From the NCBI GenBank assembly GCA_963841015.1, contig CAWJAX010000003.1, positions 352,001 through 416,000 of the forward strand: DNA of 64,000 nucleotides. Reading direction: 5' to 3'. A program made the translations under genes and the position numbers. This DNA is from an uncultured Methanoregulaceae archaeon. GTDB lineage: Archaea; Halobacteriota; Methanomicrobia; Methanomicrobiales; Methanospirillaceae. Below, in pieces: positions 50,609 to 60,847 of the stretch (positions are counted from its first letter, which is position 1; each line of letters opens with the position of its first letter). The notes beneath the pieces are model-generated. The model was given only the letters and a program-made list of their open reading frames with translations. It was not told the origin of the DNA and searched no databases.

Positions 50609-52814
50609 ATTTGAGGCATATCGCGGGCTGTTTGTGGCCGAATCCCGTGAAAACCATGAGAATCTGGTCAAGAACCTTCTCCTCCTTGAACTGGGCTCAT
50701 ACCAGGAAGCCATAGATGAAATCTTCCGCTCAATCCATACCCTCAAAGGAGCATCGGCGTCCATGGGTTTCTCCGCTATGGAGCACCTCTGTCATACCAT
50801 GGAGGATGTCTTCTCTCTCATCCGCAGCGGGGCCGCAGATATTTCCCCTGACCTGGTCAACCTGCTCCTTGCATGTTCCGATATCATTGAGCAGATGCTT
50901 GATGACGTAGAGTCGGGAGGAGATTCTTCGTCAAAAAATCCGGATGCCGAGGTCAATGCCCTGAAGCAATGGATTGAAAAGCATGGTGTCAAGCCAAAAG
51001 AGAAGATTGAGACCGCAGAAATCCCGACACCGGCAGAACAGAATCCCGAACCTCCCCAGATACCTGAAGGGGAGCAGTGTCAGGAATACGAGATGCTGAT
51101 CATCGTTGCAGGTGATTGCACGATGAAGGACGTGCGTGCTATGCTCGCGATCGGTAACTTGCATGCCCTTGGTACCATCCTTTCGGTTAATCCTTCCCTT
51201 GAAGCGATTGACGAGGGGAAATTTGATGGTACACTCCAACTCATTATCGCAAGCGATGCCGGGGAAGAGGCACTAATAACTGCAGCTTCGGGAACTGATA
51301 TTGCTGAAATTGAGATACGAGCTGCAGAGAAAAAGGAGATCGCAACTCCAGTTGTCGTCCCAGAAAGCAAAAAAACAGCCGATACGGGTATAAAACAACA
51401 CTCTGCCCATGAAAAAAGATGGGAAATTCAGTCTCCCGACGAAGTCCCCGGGAGCTTAAAAACAACCGGAATTGATACACAACATACGTCCACTCCTGAT
51501 AAAAGCCGGGAGATCCAGACTCCTGAAGATGTAACCGGGAGCACAAAAACAACCAGGGCTGATATAAAACCACCATTCTCACCTGAAAAAAGCCCGGAGA
51601 TTCCGATTCCTGAAGAATTACCCGAGAGCTTAAAAACAACCGGAGTTGATACAAAACAATCCTCCTCATCGGATAAAAGCCGGGAGATCAAAAATCTCAG
51701 GGTCAATATCCAGCAGCTTGACCATATCATGAACCTGGTCGAAGATCTTGTTATCAACCGGGGCAGGTTGAAACAGATTGCCGAACAGCACAAAATAAAG
51801 GAAATGGACGAAGCGATTGCCATGGTGGACCGGTCCGTTTCCGAGCTTCAGAACCTGATGATGATCATCCGGATGATTCCCCTGAACCATATCTTCAACC
51901 GCCTGCCACGGGTTGTCCGCGATGTCGCCCTGTACGATGGTAAAGACGTCAATTTCGTTATTGAAGGGGGAGAGACTGAACTTGACCGTAGTGTTATGGA
52001 CGGGCTCAATGATCCGCTTCTTCACCTGATAAGGAATTCAGTAAATCATGGGATTGAATCCCCCGATGCCCGGGAAAGGGGTGGAAAGCCACGGAAAGGG
52101 AATGTCAGGCTCTCTGCGCACCGTGACCGGGACAATGTAATCATAGAACTTATCGATGACGGCGCAGGAATCAATATCGACAAGGTCAAGGCAAAAGCCA
52201 TCGAAAAGGGACTGATTACCCAGGAAGTTGCCGATACATTCACCACAGAAGAGGCCATTGACCTGTTATTCCAGCCTGGTTTTTCTACTGCCGAAAAAAT
52301 AACTGACATCAGCGGCAGAGGAGTCGGGCTTGATGTCGTTAAAAGGTCTATAGAGGCGCTGAAAGGTACAATAAGGGTGGAAACAACACCGGGGAAAGGA
52401 AGCCGGTTTGAATTATTACTCCCGCCAACCATGGCGATTGTCGATGTAATGATCGTCAGGATCAATGGAAAACGACTTGGTATCCCAATCAGCAGTATTG
52501 TTGAGGTAGCACATTTCAAAAGGGATACAACCCACCACATAGGAAAAGGCGAAGCAATCCTGCTGCGTGACGAGGTACTTCAGATTCTCTGGCTGAATGA
52601 GATGGTCGGGATTTCCAACTCCTGTGAAATACTCATTGTTGTGCAATACCAGAAGCGGAAGTGCTGTATTCCGGTGGACGTCGTTGAAGGTAAGCAGGAA
52701 GTAGTTGTGAAGCCATTGAGCAGTTTTATCGGCAATACCCGTGGCGTAAGCGGTGTTACCATCCTGGGTGATGGGGGCGTCGTGCCGGTACTTGATGTTA
52801 ACACCATTGTCTAG
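50601..52814 (+). CDS. cheA: Chemotaxis histidine kinase
   Basis: HPt IFRSIHTLKG, HLIRNSVNHGIE, DDGAG, SGRGVGLDVV, C-terminal CheW domain. Confidence 0.95.
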   Translation: MSEFEAYRGLFVAESRENHENLVKNLLLLELGSYQEAIDEIFRSIHTLKGASASMGFSAMEHLCHTMEDVFSLIRSGAADISPDLVNLLLACSDIIEQMLDDVESGGDSSSKNPDAEVNALKQWIEKHGVKPKEKIETAEIPTPAEQNPEPPQIPEGEQCQEYEMLIIVAGDCTMKDVRAMLAIGNLHALGTILSVNPSLEAIDEGKFDGTLQLIIASDAGEEALITAASGTDIAEIEIRAAEKKEIATPVVVPESKKTADTGIKQHSAHEKRWEIQSPDEVPGSLKTTGIDTQHTSTPDKSREIQTPEDVTGSTKTTRADIKPPFSPEKSPEIPIPEELPESLKTTGVDTKQSSSSDKSREIKNLRVNIQQLDHIMNLVEDLVINRGRLKQIAEQHKIKEMDEAIAMVDRSVSELQNLMMIIRMIPLNHIFNRLPRVVRDVALYDGKDVNFVIEGGETELDRSVMDGLNDPLLHLIRNSVNHGIESPDARERGGKPRKGNVRLSAHRDRDNVIIELIDDGAGINIDKVKAKAIEKGLITQEVADTFTTEEAIDLLFQPGFSTAEKITDISGRGVGLDVVKRSIEALKGTIRVETTPGKGSRFELLLPPTMAIVDVMIVRINGKRLGIPISSIVEVAHFKRDTTHHIGKGEAILLRDEVLQILWLNEMVGISNSCEILIVVQYQKRKCCIPVDVVEGKQEVVVKPLSSFIGNTRGVSGVTILGDGGVVPVLDVNTIV
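51366..51692 (+). repeat. 87-bp (29-aa) tandem repeat, about 3.7 copies, in the CheA P2-P3 linker
   Basis: Units start at 51366, 51453, 51540 and 51627 (SKKTA, SLKTT, STKTT, SLKTT), each containing an E/D-K-x-x-E-I segment. Confidence 0.9.
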
Positions 52815-52823
52815 GAGAAGATC

Positions 52824-53435
52824 ATGAAATTATCGGCAGTTCAGGCAGATGCAATTCAGGAACTCGGAAATATCGGGGCTGCACATGCAGCGACTACGCT
52901 TTCCCAGATGCTGGGAAGTACTATTGAGATGAGTGTCCCCGCCATCAGAGTGGTGGATCTCTCTCAACTTGGACAGTACATGGGTGAGGAATCGGCGGCG
53001 ATCGTGGCATTTGAGCTCCAGGGGGATATTCCCCATGGGGGATATATCCTGTTTTACATCACCCGGGAGTCAGCAGTCCGCATGACGAACACGATGCTCG
53101 GATTAACGGAGATCAACCGCCCCCTCAGTGAAATGGACGAGAGTGCACTGCTCGAAGTAGGTAATATCATGGTCTCTGCCTTTCTTGATGCCACCGCTGA
53201 ACTGCTCGGTTTTGTGATGCTTCCTTCCCCTCCGTCACTCACCATTGACATGGCACATGCCGCCATGCAGTCGCTCATTGCCCAGATGCAGGAAGAGACG
53301 GATGAGGTATTGCTTTTCTCTACTGAACTTGTCTGTGAAGAGTACAAGGTAGACAGTGATATCATCATGATGCCGGAAAGAAGCACTCTTTTGAGAATTA
53401 TTGAACTGCTCGAAAACATGATGAAGCCCATATAA
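52824..53435 (+). CDS. cheC: CheY-P phosphatase
   Basis: DAIQELGNIGAAHAAT and SALLEVGNIM motifs. Confidence 0.93.
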   Translation: MKLSAVQADAIQELGNIGAAHAATTLSQMLGSTIEMSVPAIRVVDLSQLGQYMGEESAAIVAFELQGDIPHGGYILFYITRESAVRMTNTMLGLTEINRPLSEMDESALLEVGNIMVSAFLDATAELLGFVMLPSPPSLTIDMAHAAMQSLIAQMQEETDEVLLFSTELVCEEYKVDSDIIMMPERSTLLRIIELLENMMKPI

Positions 53436-53453
53436 TTACCGTAGTACCTGAAA

Positions 53454-53946
53454 ATGCCCGACCACCAACCCCAGAGCGAACAAACGGCGATGATCGGCAT
53501 TGGAGAATACCGCGTAGGTTCTTTCCCGATGATGACCATCGGACTGGGTTCCTGTATCGGGCTTACCATGTATGATCCAAATCTCAGGATCGGAGCGATG
53601 GTGCATATCATGCTGCCCGAAAGCAGCGGCAGGATGGATCGACCAGGGAAATACGTGGATACGGCAGTTCCACTCCTGGTGAAGGAGCTGGTCAGCTCTT
53701 GGATGCAAGAACAGGTCTATAGTTGCGAAGATAGCGGGGGGTGCCTGCATGTTTGAGTACTTTGGCACCAACCTCAATATCGGTGAAAGGAATGCCGTAA
53801 AAGTCAGGATTCTTTTAAAAGAGCACAATATCCAGCTGGCTGCAGAGGATGTTGGGGGTAAAGTCGGCAGATCGGTCACGTTCCTTCCTGCCAATGATGG
53901 CAGGGTTTCTATCCGCAGGGCAGACGGGACATCAAACAATCTCTGA
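53454..53946 (+). CDS. cheD: Chemoreceptor glutamine deamidase; frameshift near 53694
   Basis: TIGLGSCIG, HIMLP, KYVD, then AKIAGGACMF, IGERN, EDVGG in the shifted frame. Confidence 0.9.
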
Positions 53947-54037
53947 TTATTTCCGAAGGTTTTTTTTAAGAGAACGGGAGGGTCAACAGGTTTTTTAAAA
54001 TCCCGATGATAATCTCTCGGTGGAATCATCTTTTTTG

Positions 54038-54471
54038 GCTCTGTAGAATTCCTTTTTCATTGATATGAAATTCAAGATACTGGTACGAAGGAAGGAGGGG
54101 ACATGAGCCTGTCCCCCCATGCCGCCCCTGCACTCAGCGATGATGACGGAGCACCTGATAGGGAGTTATCGCATCGGGAGAGCCACAGCAGCGGGGGTGA
54201 AACCCCTTGAGCGTATAGCTGGTAATTGAGCAGTTCCCATGAAAATTGAACTATTCAGTTATGATACGAGATTTTTTTACACACATCCATTTACGATGAT
54301 CGCCACCGCCCCCGAAGGGTCGCCCCCGCGGTGGATCAGTAACAAACAATTCAAAAAAAACCCTGCCCGCCGTGCCTCGGAGAGGCCCTGAGGCGGGGTT
54401 CCATCGTATACATTACGATTTCATGGTTCTAGTGTGTACCTGATCAGATCATGACCGCATTTCTCCAGAGC
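54038..54471. mobile_element. MITE-like module B, copy 2, interrupted by an insert carrying module C
   Basis: Left end GCTCTGTAGAATTCC, right end GCATTTCTCCAGAGC; the junction TAATTGAGCA|TTTCTCCAGAGC, contiguous in copy 1, is split here by about 227 bp. Confidence 0.75.
54237..54426. mobile_element. MITE-like module C, nested copy
   Basis: TIR CCATGAAAATTG ... CGATTTCATGG; reverse-complement homolog of 25560-25748. Confidence 0.8.
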
Positions 54472-54530
54472 AAATTTTTTTAACCTGTCTCGTAGGTAAA
54501 TCACGTCAATCGTGCTCCACCGCCATTTAC

Positions 54531-54905
54531 GATATTGTCTGATACCATATTTCCAGGATCCTATAGGAGGTAATACTCTTTTGAGGGTAAAATAACCCCA
54601 TATCGGGCTCCGTTAACTCTTTTTCCCCTTCGGAAAACCCCGCAAAACGCTCCGATTTGACCGAAATACAAAATCCCGATTATTGAGGATTATTTGACAA
54701 AATAGCACCATATTGACCTCAAATTTTGACCCCAAAAGCTGCGTGAGTTTTGATCCTGACCCTGCTTTAGCCTTTCATACTCGGGATCGATCACACAATC
54801 ACCATTGGCAGCCTGTTAAACTGAGATCGAAAATAGACGAATATTTCAGGTCATTTTCGCTAAATAATTATGATTTCAGGTTATTTTAGAACAACACCGG
54901 GGGAA
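54531..54905. repeat. Dispersed non-coding repeat module A, copy 2
   Basis: Colinear with 7604-7977; its right end overlaps the last codons and stop of the 54881-56104 gene. Confidence 0.85.
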
Positions 54906-56104
54906 GGTGAAACGCCTTTCTTTTTGATCTCTTCGGAACAATACTGATCAACAGAGTCCAGAAATGCTTTTTTTGCCTTTTTGACCTGCATCTCATCATT
55001 CGAGAAGAAATCATTTGCTATATACCTGAGAGTAGTTGCGTAGTATTGGAAATGAGGAAATTCTTTTTCGAATTCCGCAATCCGGTTCAGGGCTTCCTTT
55101 TTGTCACCGTTGAGAAGATCAAAGGAAATATCAAAAAGGTGGATAGTATGGACTGGCATCCCCTTCTGGTTCGCCAGCTTCCTGAAACTGTGATAAGTGA
55201 TCTTTTTTTTCGTCAGGAGAGAAAACCTGAGCCCGAGGTAGATGGGTTCGAGATCATCGGGATACTGCCGGATAAGATGGTTGAGGACACCTGCAGCACC
55301 ACTGGCGTCACGGTTGTCAAGGTAATAATAATACATCACCCGCAGGAAATGAAAATCATTATAAAACCGCTCAGAACTGATATCCAGCAACCGCTTTCTC
55401 ATTTCGGTGTCATGGACAAGAGCTGCGTTTTCCAAACCGATTTCCAGGAACCATCGCTCACTGGGGAACCACTCGAGTCCCAAAAAAATCATCTGCCAGA
55501 AAAATTTCTCCAGAAACGACGGGTCTTCCAGTTCCAGCTGTTTCATTTTGTGTAACGGTGTCGATGTGTGGGCGAGATCCAGCAGGGTTTCACGCGCAAG
55601 AAGTTCCATCTCACCGGGACGCTGGTTCTGTGCAGACTCATCATCACTCTTAAACTCCCGAAGGGACAGGGTATAATAACAGTACGCTACTGAAGTGCCA
55701 ATCTTGGCATCGAGATTGACATAATATTTCAGGTAATCGATAGCATGAGGATAGTCACCGGATTTTAATAATTTCAGGCCAACGACAATGTTGACCCCGG
55801 TTTCTGCATCTTTTTTCTTTTTAAAGCGAAGAGCGTTATGGATGATCTTCCTGACAAATTCAAAATCCCCGCTGTTCTTACTTGCATCCAGGACTTCAAA
55901 CGTGATATGATCAATAAATTCGTCATACGTTTCATCAGGGATATCCGGAAAAGAATTCTCGAGTGCAGAGACCACATGTCCATAAAAAACCGGCAGGTTG
56001 GAGTCTACTTTGTCCGAATTGCCACGGATGTAGCCAAAGAAATCATTTTTCAACAGGTTCAGCTTCTCGTAGACAATCGCGTCTGAAAGCTTCTCTCCCC
56101 GCAT
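54881..56104 (-). CDS. Hypothetical alpha-helical (TPR-like) protein
   Basis: 407-aa ORF with helical-repeat character (AIDYLK, LIRQYPDD, EFEKEFP). Confidence 0.75.
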   Translation of the reverse strand: MRGEKLSDAIVYEKLNLLKNDFFGYIRGNSDKVDSNLPVFYGHVVSALENSFPDIPDETYDEFIDHITFEVLDASKNSGDFEFVRKIIHNALRFKKKKDAETGVNIVVGLKLLKSGDYPHAIDYLKYYVNLDAKIGTSVAYCYYTLSLREFKSDDESAQNQRPGEMELLARETLLDLAHTSTPLHKMKQLELEDPSFLEKFFWQMIFLGLEWFPSERWFLEIGLENAALVHDTEMRKRLLDISSERFYNDFHFLRVMYYYYLDNRDASGAAGVLNHLIRQYPDDLEPIYLGLRFSLLTKKKITYHSFRKLANQKGMPVHTIHLFDISFDLLNGDKKEALNRIAEFEKEFPHFQYYATTLRYIANDFFSNDEMQVKKAKKAFLDSVDQYCSEEIKKKGVSPSPGVVLK

Positions 56105-56564
56105 ACAGGAAAAATGGCATGTTTAAATATTAAAAGGTATGACAGGCCAACCTGGTTCTTATCGGATTTATCCAGTCATCCTTATCCATTTCCCGAGTGT
56201 TACAAAGACTCCCCATGCCCCGAAGGATTCCCGTGGCGGAACATCGGTGACCAACAATTACGCGCGTCAGACAGGAATGGGTACTAAAAAAGGGTATAGT
56301 CACATTTTAACGATGAACATTTCTTCACGATTTATCAAAAAACTCAATTGATGACACTCCCGGGGGCTTCGGCTTTTGCCTCCACCACCGGCTGTTGCGA
56401 CCCCCGGGATTCGACAGAACCGCTAATCCCACTACGAGCCGGGAATCATTTGTCAAAAAATGAAACACTTTTCTGTCCTGAATATAGTGCTTTATATTTT
56501 TCATTTTTTCACGGTTAAATCAATTTTTTTTCATAGTTAAACCGGGACTATACCGATAAAAAAA

Positions 56565-57218
56565 TCAGTCAGTACGTTGGGCAGTATAATATTCTCTCGG
56601 TGTCTCAAGACGTATCCGGTATGAATCGATATTCTTTACGCTGATGATCATGTACATACTGGTGTTTGATGTCCGGACAATTCTGTAGGAGGTACCGGGT
56701 TTCACGATCTCTTCTCCGGTGATAATACCCCCGGTGTCAGCATACGAGAGGGCCATGCGAAAGTTTGCATACTGAGGCTGGTTTTCTGCCACGACGGAAG
56801 TGTTTATCATCCAGATTGGATACGGTACAGAAAAAACCTGGGTCAGCCCCCCACGCGTATTTTCAATAACGGCAAACGGAACCCATTCCTGAGTCTGCCG
56901 GGGTGCTTCGGACGCTCCCGTCGTCACCATGTTTTCGGGAAGTTTATACACGGGATAGGAAAAGGGTTTGTCGGTATAAAAAATACGATATGGGGGGGCA
57001 TCAGGTTTTGGCATTCCTGGAGTGACTACCGGGATCTGTTCAGGATATTCTGGCGGGAACGTGAAGGGATTAGGGGTTTTTACAACCGTTTCTGCAGGCT
57101 TCAGCAGCATTTCAGGCAAATTCTGCAGTTCCGATACGTACTCAGGGTTTGCCATGAATGCCACAAAGATTACAATAGCGATACCCGCAAAGAGGGTAAG
57201 AAGGTCCCTGGAGTCCAC
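56565..57218 (-). CDS. Hypothetical membrane-anchored exported protein (paralog of 37388-38170)
   Basis: GTG start, N-terminal TM, Pro-rich linker, TQVFSVPYPIWMI and YMIISVKNIDSYRIRLETP. Confidence 0.7.
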   Translation of the reverse strand: MDSRDLLTLFAGIAIVIFVAFMANPEYVSELQNLPEMLLKPAETVVKTPNPFTFPPEYPEQIPVVTPGMPKPDAPPYRIFYTDKPFSYPVYKLPENMVTTGASEAPRQTQEWVPFAVIENTRGGLTQVFSVPYPIWMINTSVVAENQPQYANFRMALSYADTGGIITGEEIVKPGTSYRIVRTSNTSMYMIISVKNIDSYRIRLETPREYYTAQRTD

Positions 57219-57435
57219 ATACTATACTGGACATCGGGCAATAAAAAACCTCCATGATACCCTGCAACTTACAGTAAATCCATACATATTCCGGATTTGT
57301 CAGGCCCAATAAAAAATATCTGCCGGATTTACAATAGGTCTTACCATTTTCTTGGAAAAGGAGAGAGCCATTCTGTACAATAAACGATAGTTATTATAGA
57401 ATAACACATAAATAAAAAAAATATAAGGTGGTATA

Positions 57436-58336
57436 ATTACAATCATTACCTTTTCTCACCATAAAGGAGGTACTGGCAAGACTACCTCCTGCCTGAATAT
57501 CAGCCGGTTTTTGCCAAAAAGCCGGGAGAAAAGTACTGGTTGTTGATTGCGATCCTCAGGCGAATGCAACCGCCGGGCTCGGCGTCGACCCCAGTGCAGC
57601 TTCCGGCAAAAATATGTATCAGGTTTTTATGAGTGGGATTGATGATTTTCCGAAAGTCAGGATACAGGATATTATTCTGAAAACCGCGTCGGGCGTTGAT
57701 CTTGCACCTGCACACCTTGATCTTGTCGGAGCGGAACCGTACCTCTATCATGCGAAATTCCCCACCGGGGTGCTTAAAGAAGCTCTCGCCATTGTCAATA
57801 ACCAGTATTCTTATGTTTTCATTGACACTCCGCCGAGCTTAGGTCAGTTTGTGATCAATGGACTCTTTGCAGCAGATCATGTCATCGTGACCCTCGATTC
57901 GGGATCGTTTGCGCTCAACGGGGTTACAACACTCTCCACAATATTTTCTGATATTAAAGAGGGTCTGGGTAAAGAAATCCGACCTGATATGGCAATCGTC
58001 AGCCGCTGGGGTGAGGGGCTGCTCCAGTCAGATTCAAAACCTGAAAAAGAAGAGGGAAAGGGTCTTTTTACCCGTATCCGGAATGTTTTTTCCAAACCGC
58101 CGGAACCTTCTCCTGAGAGCCTGAAAGCCGCAGAAGAACAAAAACAGGAGCATATGCGGCTGCTGGCGATGCTCAACCAGATTAAGCGAAGATTTCGCAG
58201 CGTGTATACTGTCCCCTACTCTACAGCAGTGTACGAAGCCCAGAAACGCGGTATGCCCCTTTCTCATGTTGCACCAGACAGCAGTGCCGGAATCGCGTAT
58301 AAAACCATTGCAGAAGAGGTTATGAGATGGAACTAA
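57436..58336 (+). CDS. ParA/MinD family ATPase; frameshift near 57502; apparent ATT start
   Basis: [17 protein letters not shown] deviant Walker A, then [23 protein letters not shown]; AAGGTGG Shine-Dalgarno just before ATT 57436. Confidence 0.85.
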
Positions 58337-60319
58337 AAGAGCTAGAAAATGCACTAAAGAAAACCAGTGAAGGCAATTTCTCTGTCCGTATCGACGAGAA
58401 TAAGGTTGGTACAGAATTAAAGGCAGTGGCACAGATGCTGAACCTGACGCTCGAAAAGGCTGCAGTGGCAAAGGAGCTCAAGCATCGTGCAGACGTGATG
58501 ATCCAATACAATCCTATGGCGATTGCCATACTGAGAAAGGACAAAACGAGGATCCATATCAACAAGGCTTATGAAACCGTATGGCGCGGAACCCGTGAAG
58601 AACTTCTCAAAAAGAAACTCAACGATTTTGATATTGCTATTCTTTCCGGGGAACACTTCTACGCCTGCTTTGAGACAAAGAAACTCTCGATCACTGAATG
58701 TCTTGTCACATTCCCTGACGGTGTCAGGAAATACCTCACGCTCAATGCCATCCCCATTCTCGATAAAAACGGGGAAGTTGATGGTGCTTTCTATATCTGG
58801 ATAGACCACACAGAGCTCCACGGGAAGATGGAAGCAATAAAAAAGGTAGAGCAGCGGGTGGACCGGATCATTCAGGAAAACCCGTTTCCCCTTTTTACAA
58901 TCGATGCCGAACTGAATGTAAAAATCTCTAACCTGGCATTCCTGGAATTCACCGGCTATTCCAAAGACAATGCATCTTCTCTTTCGATGAAGGACTTCAA
59001 GTACCTCAAAAATAAAGGAGAAACCGTCGAAGGAACAATAAAATCCAGGAAACGCAGTCATGGTGAATCGACAATAGAATTCCCCCGTGGTACATTCGTT
59101 CTTGAATGGTACTATATCCCCCTGCTTGATACCGACGGTAATGTAGAAAGTTTGTTGATCGTTCTCAATGATATCACCGAACGGCGCAAGAAAGAAAAAG
59201 AAGTCAGGCAGCTGATGGAGGATACGCAGAAGAAAGCCGAAGCGCTCTCTGCCAGTGCTGCAGTCCTGGAAAACGGACTGGAACGAATTGCAAAAGGGGA
59301 TCTTACCTTCATTATCCCACTCGTTGATGGAGATCCGTTAATAAAACTGAAAAAAGATTATAACCTGTCTGTCGATTCAATCAAGAAGGTTATCGGGGAA
59401 CTGGAAAAATCAATTAAACAGATTGAAGTAACCACGCAGGATACCAGTAGGGGTACAACGGAAATTTCCAAATCCACCGAACAGGTTGCAGTCGGAACGC
59501 AGAAATCAGCTGATGGTGCAAAAAAGCAGCTTGATGAGCTGGAAAAAGTTGGAAAAGAAGTCTCCGACCTCTCAGCTTCCATTGAGGAAATTGCCAGCAC
59601 TTCGCAGGACCTGTTGAGTCACGCCCAGAAAGCAGCGCAGGAAGGGAACAAGGCTTCCGAACTGGGCAAGATTGCAACTGCCAAGATGACGATGGTTGAG
59701 AAAATCGCCGGGGAGAGTGTAAGTGAGATCACCGCACTCAACGATCGGATGAAAGAGATCTCAAACATCGTGAAGATGATTGCTGATATCTCCAGCCAGA
59801 CGAACCTCCTTGCACTGAATGCTGCGATCGAGGCTGCACGGGCCGGGGAGCATGGGCGCGGTTTTGCAGTAGTAGCCGGCGAAGTCCGGAACCTTGCCGG
59901 TGAGTCAAAAACCGCAACGAACCATATCGAAACGCTCATCAGTTCCATCCAGAACAACAGCGATAAAACCGCGGCAGCAATTAAAAGTTCATACAAGGAA
60001 ATACAGGCAGGAATTGAGAGTGTAAACAAGACGATTGAAGCCTTAAACCGGATTATTGCCTGAGTCGAATGTGGTTGCACAGGGTGTAAACGAGATCACC
60101 AAAGCGACCGAGGATCAGGCAGAAGCGACGACCCGTGTGGTTCACGGAATGGAGAAATCCAGTGTTATTACCCGCGAGAACCAGGGGCGGATGGAGGATA
60201 TGGCGGCACTTGCACAGGAGACGAGTGCGTCAACTGAAGAGATCGCCAGCGCATCTGCTGAGCTTGCTGAGCTGGCAAACCGGCTGAAGAAGATAATGGA
60301 ACAGTTCAGGCTGCGGTGA
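58327..60319 (+). CDS. Soluble methyl-accepting chemotaxis protein with two PAS domains; frameshift near 60061
   Basis: No TM; two NP-x-x-I/L PAS starts; [27 protein letters not shown]; removing one T joins RIIA|ESNVV. Confidence 0.9.
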
Positions 60320-60322
60320 ACA

Positions 60323-60793
60323 ATGGTCTCTACGGTAGATGTGGTGGAATTTGTGCTGGGGGGTGAGCGTTATGCTCTTGATATACAACTGGCGCGGGAA
60401 ATTGTTGAGATGATTCCCATCACTCCCATTCCCCGTGCACCTCCTTACATCTCCGGGGTAATTAATCTTCGCGGAGAGATCACCAACATCATGAACCTCA
60501 ATACCCTGCTCGGATTACCTCCTCAGGAGACGCGGGAAAATCAGAAGATAATCGTCCTGGTACCGGATGCTGCATCCGGGAGCAACGTCGGGATCATTGT
60601 TGATGAGGTAACGAGTGTCCTCCAGGTTGCAGAAACTGATATCGAACACCTCGGCGAAGGACTCTCGTCTGAGGTTTCCAGTTTCGTAAAAGGGATCATC
60701 AAGATGAAAGGTGATGGTGCTGACAAAAAGAGTACGGGCCTGATCATCTGGATCGATATGAAGAAAGTGCTTGAGGATGTGGCAACAAAGTGA
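60323..60793 (+). CDS. cheW: Chemotaxis coupling protein
   Basis: VVEFVLGGERYAL, ITPIPRAP, GVINLRGEI, GIIVDEV. Confidence 0.95.
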   Translation: MVSTVDVVEFVLGGERYALDIQLAREIVEMIPITPIPRAPPYISGVINLRGEITNIMNLNTLLGLPPQETRENQKIIVLVPDAASGSNVGIIVDEVTSVLQVAETDIEHLGEGLSSEVSSFVKGIIKMKGDGADKKSTGLIIWIDMKKVLEDVATK

Positions 60794-60847
60794 ACGGCAG
60801 GAACATATCATGGTAAAAATTACTCGTGCAGGACAATTGACGGGGGG

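Noticed and set aside
54140-54158. C-box ATGATGA and D-box CTGA in module B suggesting a C/D box sRNA
   Set aside because: The CTGA is CTGT in copy 1, the spacer is too short for a guide, and the C-box bases fit a stem with TTATCGC
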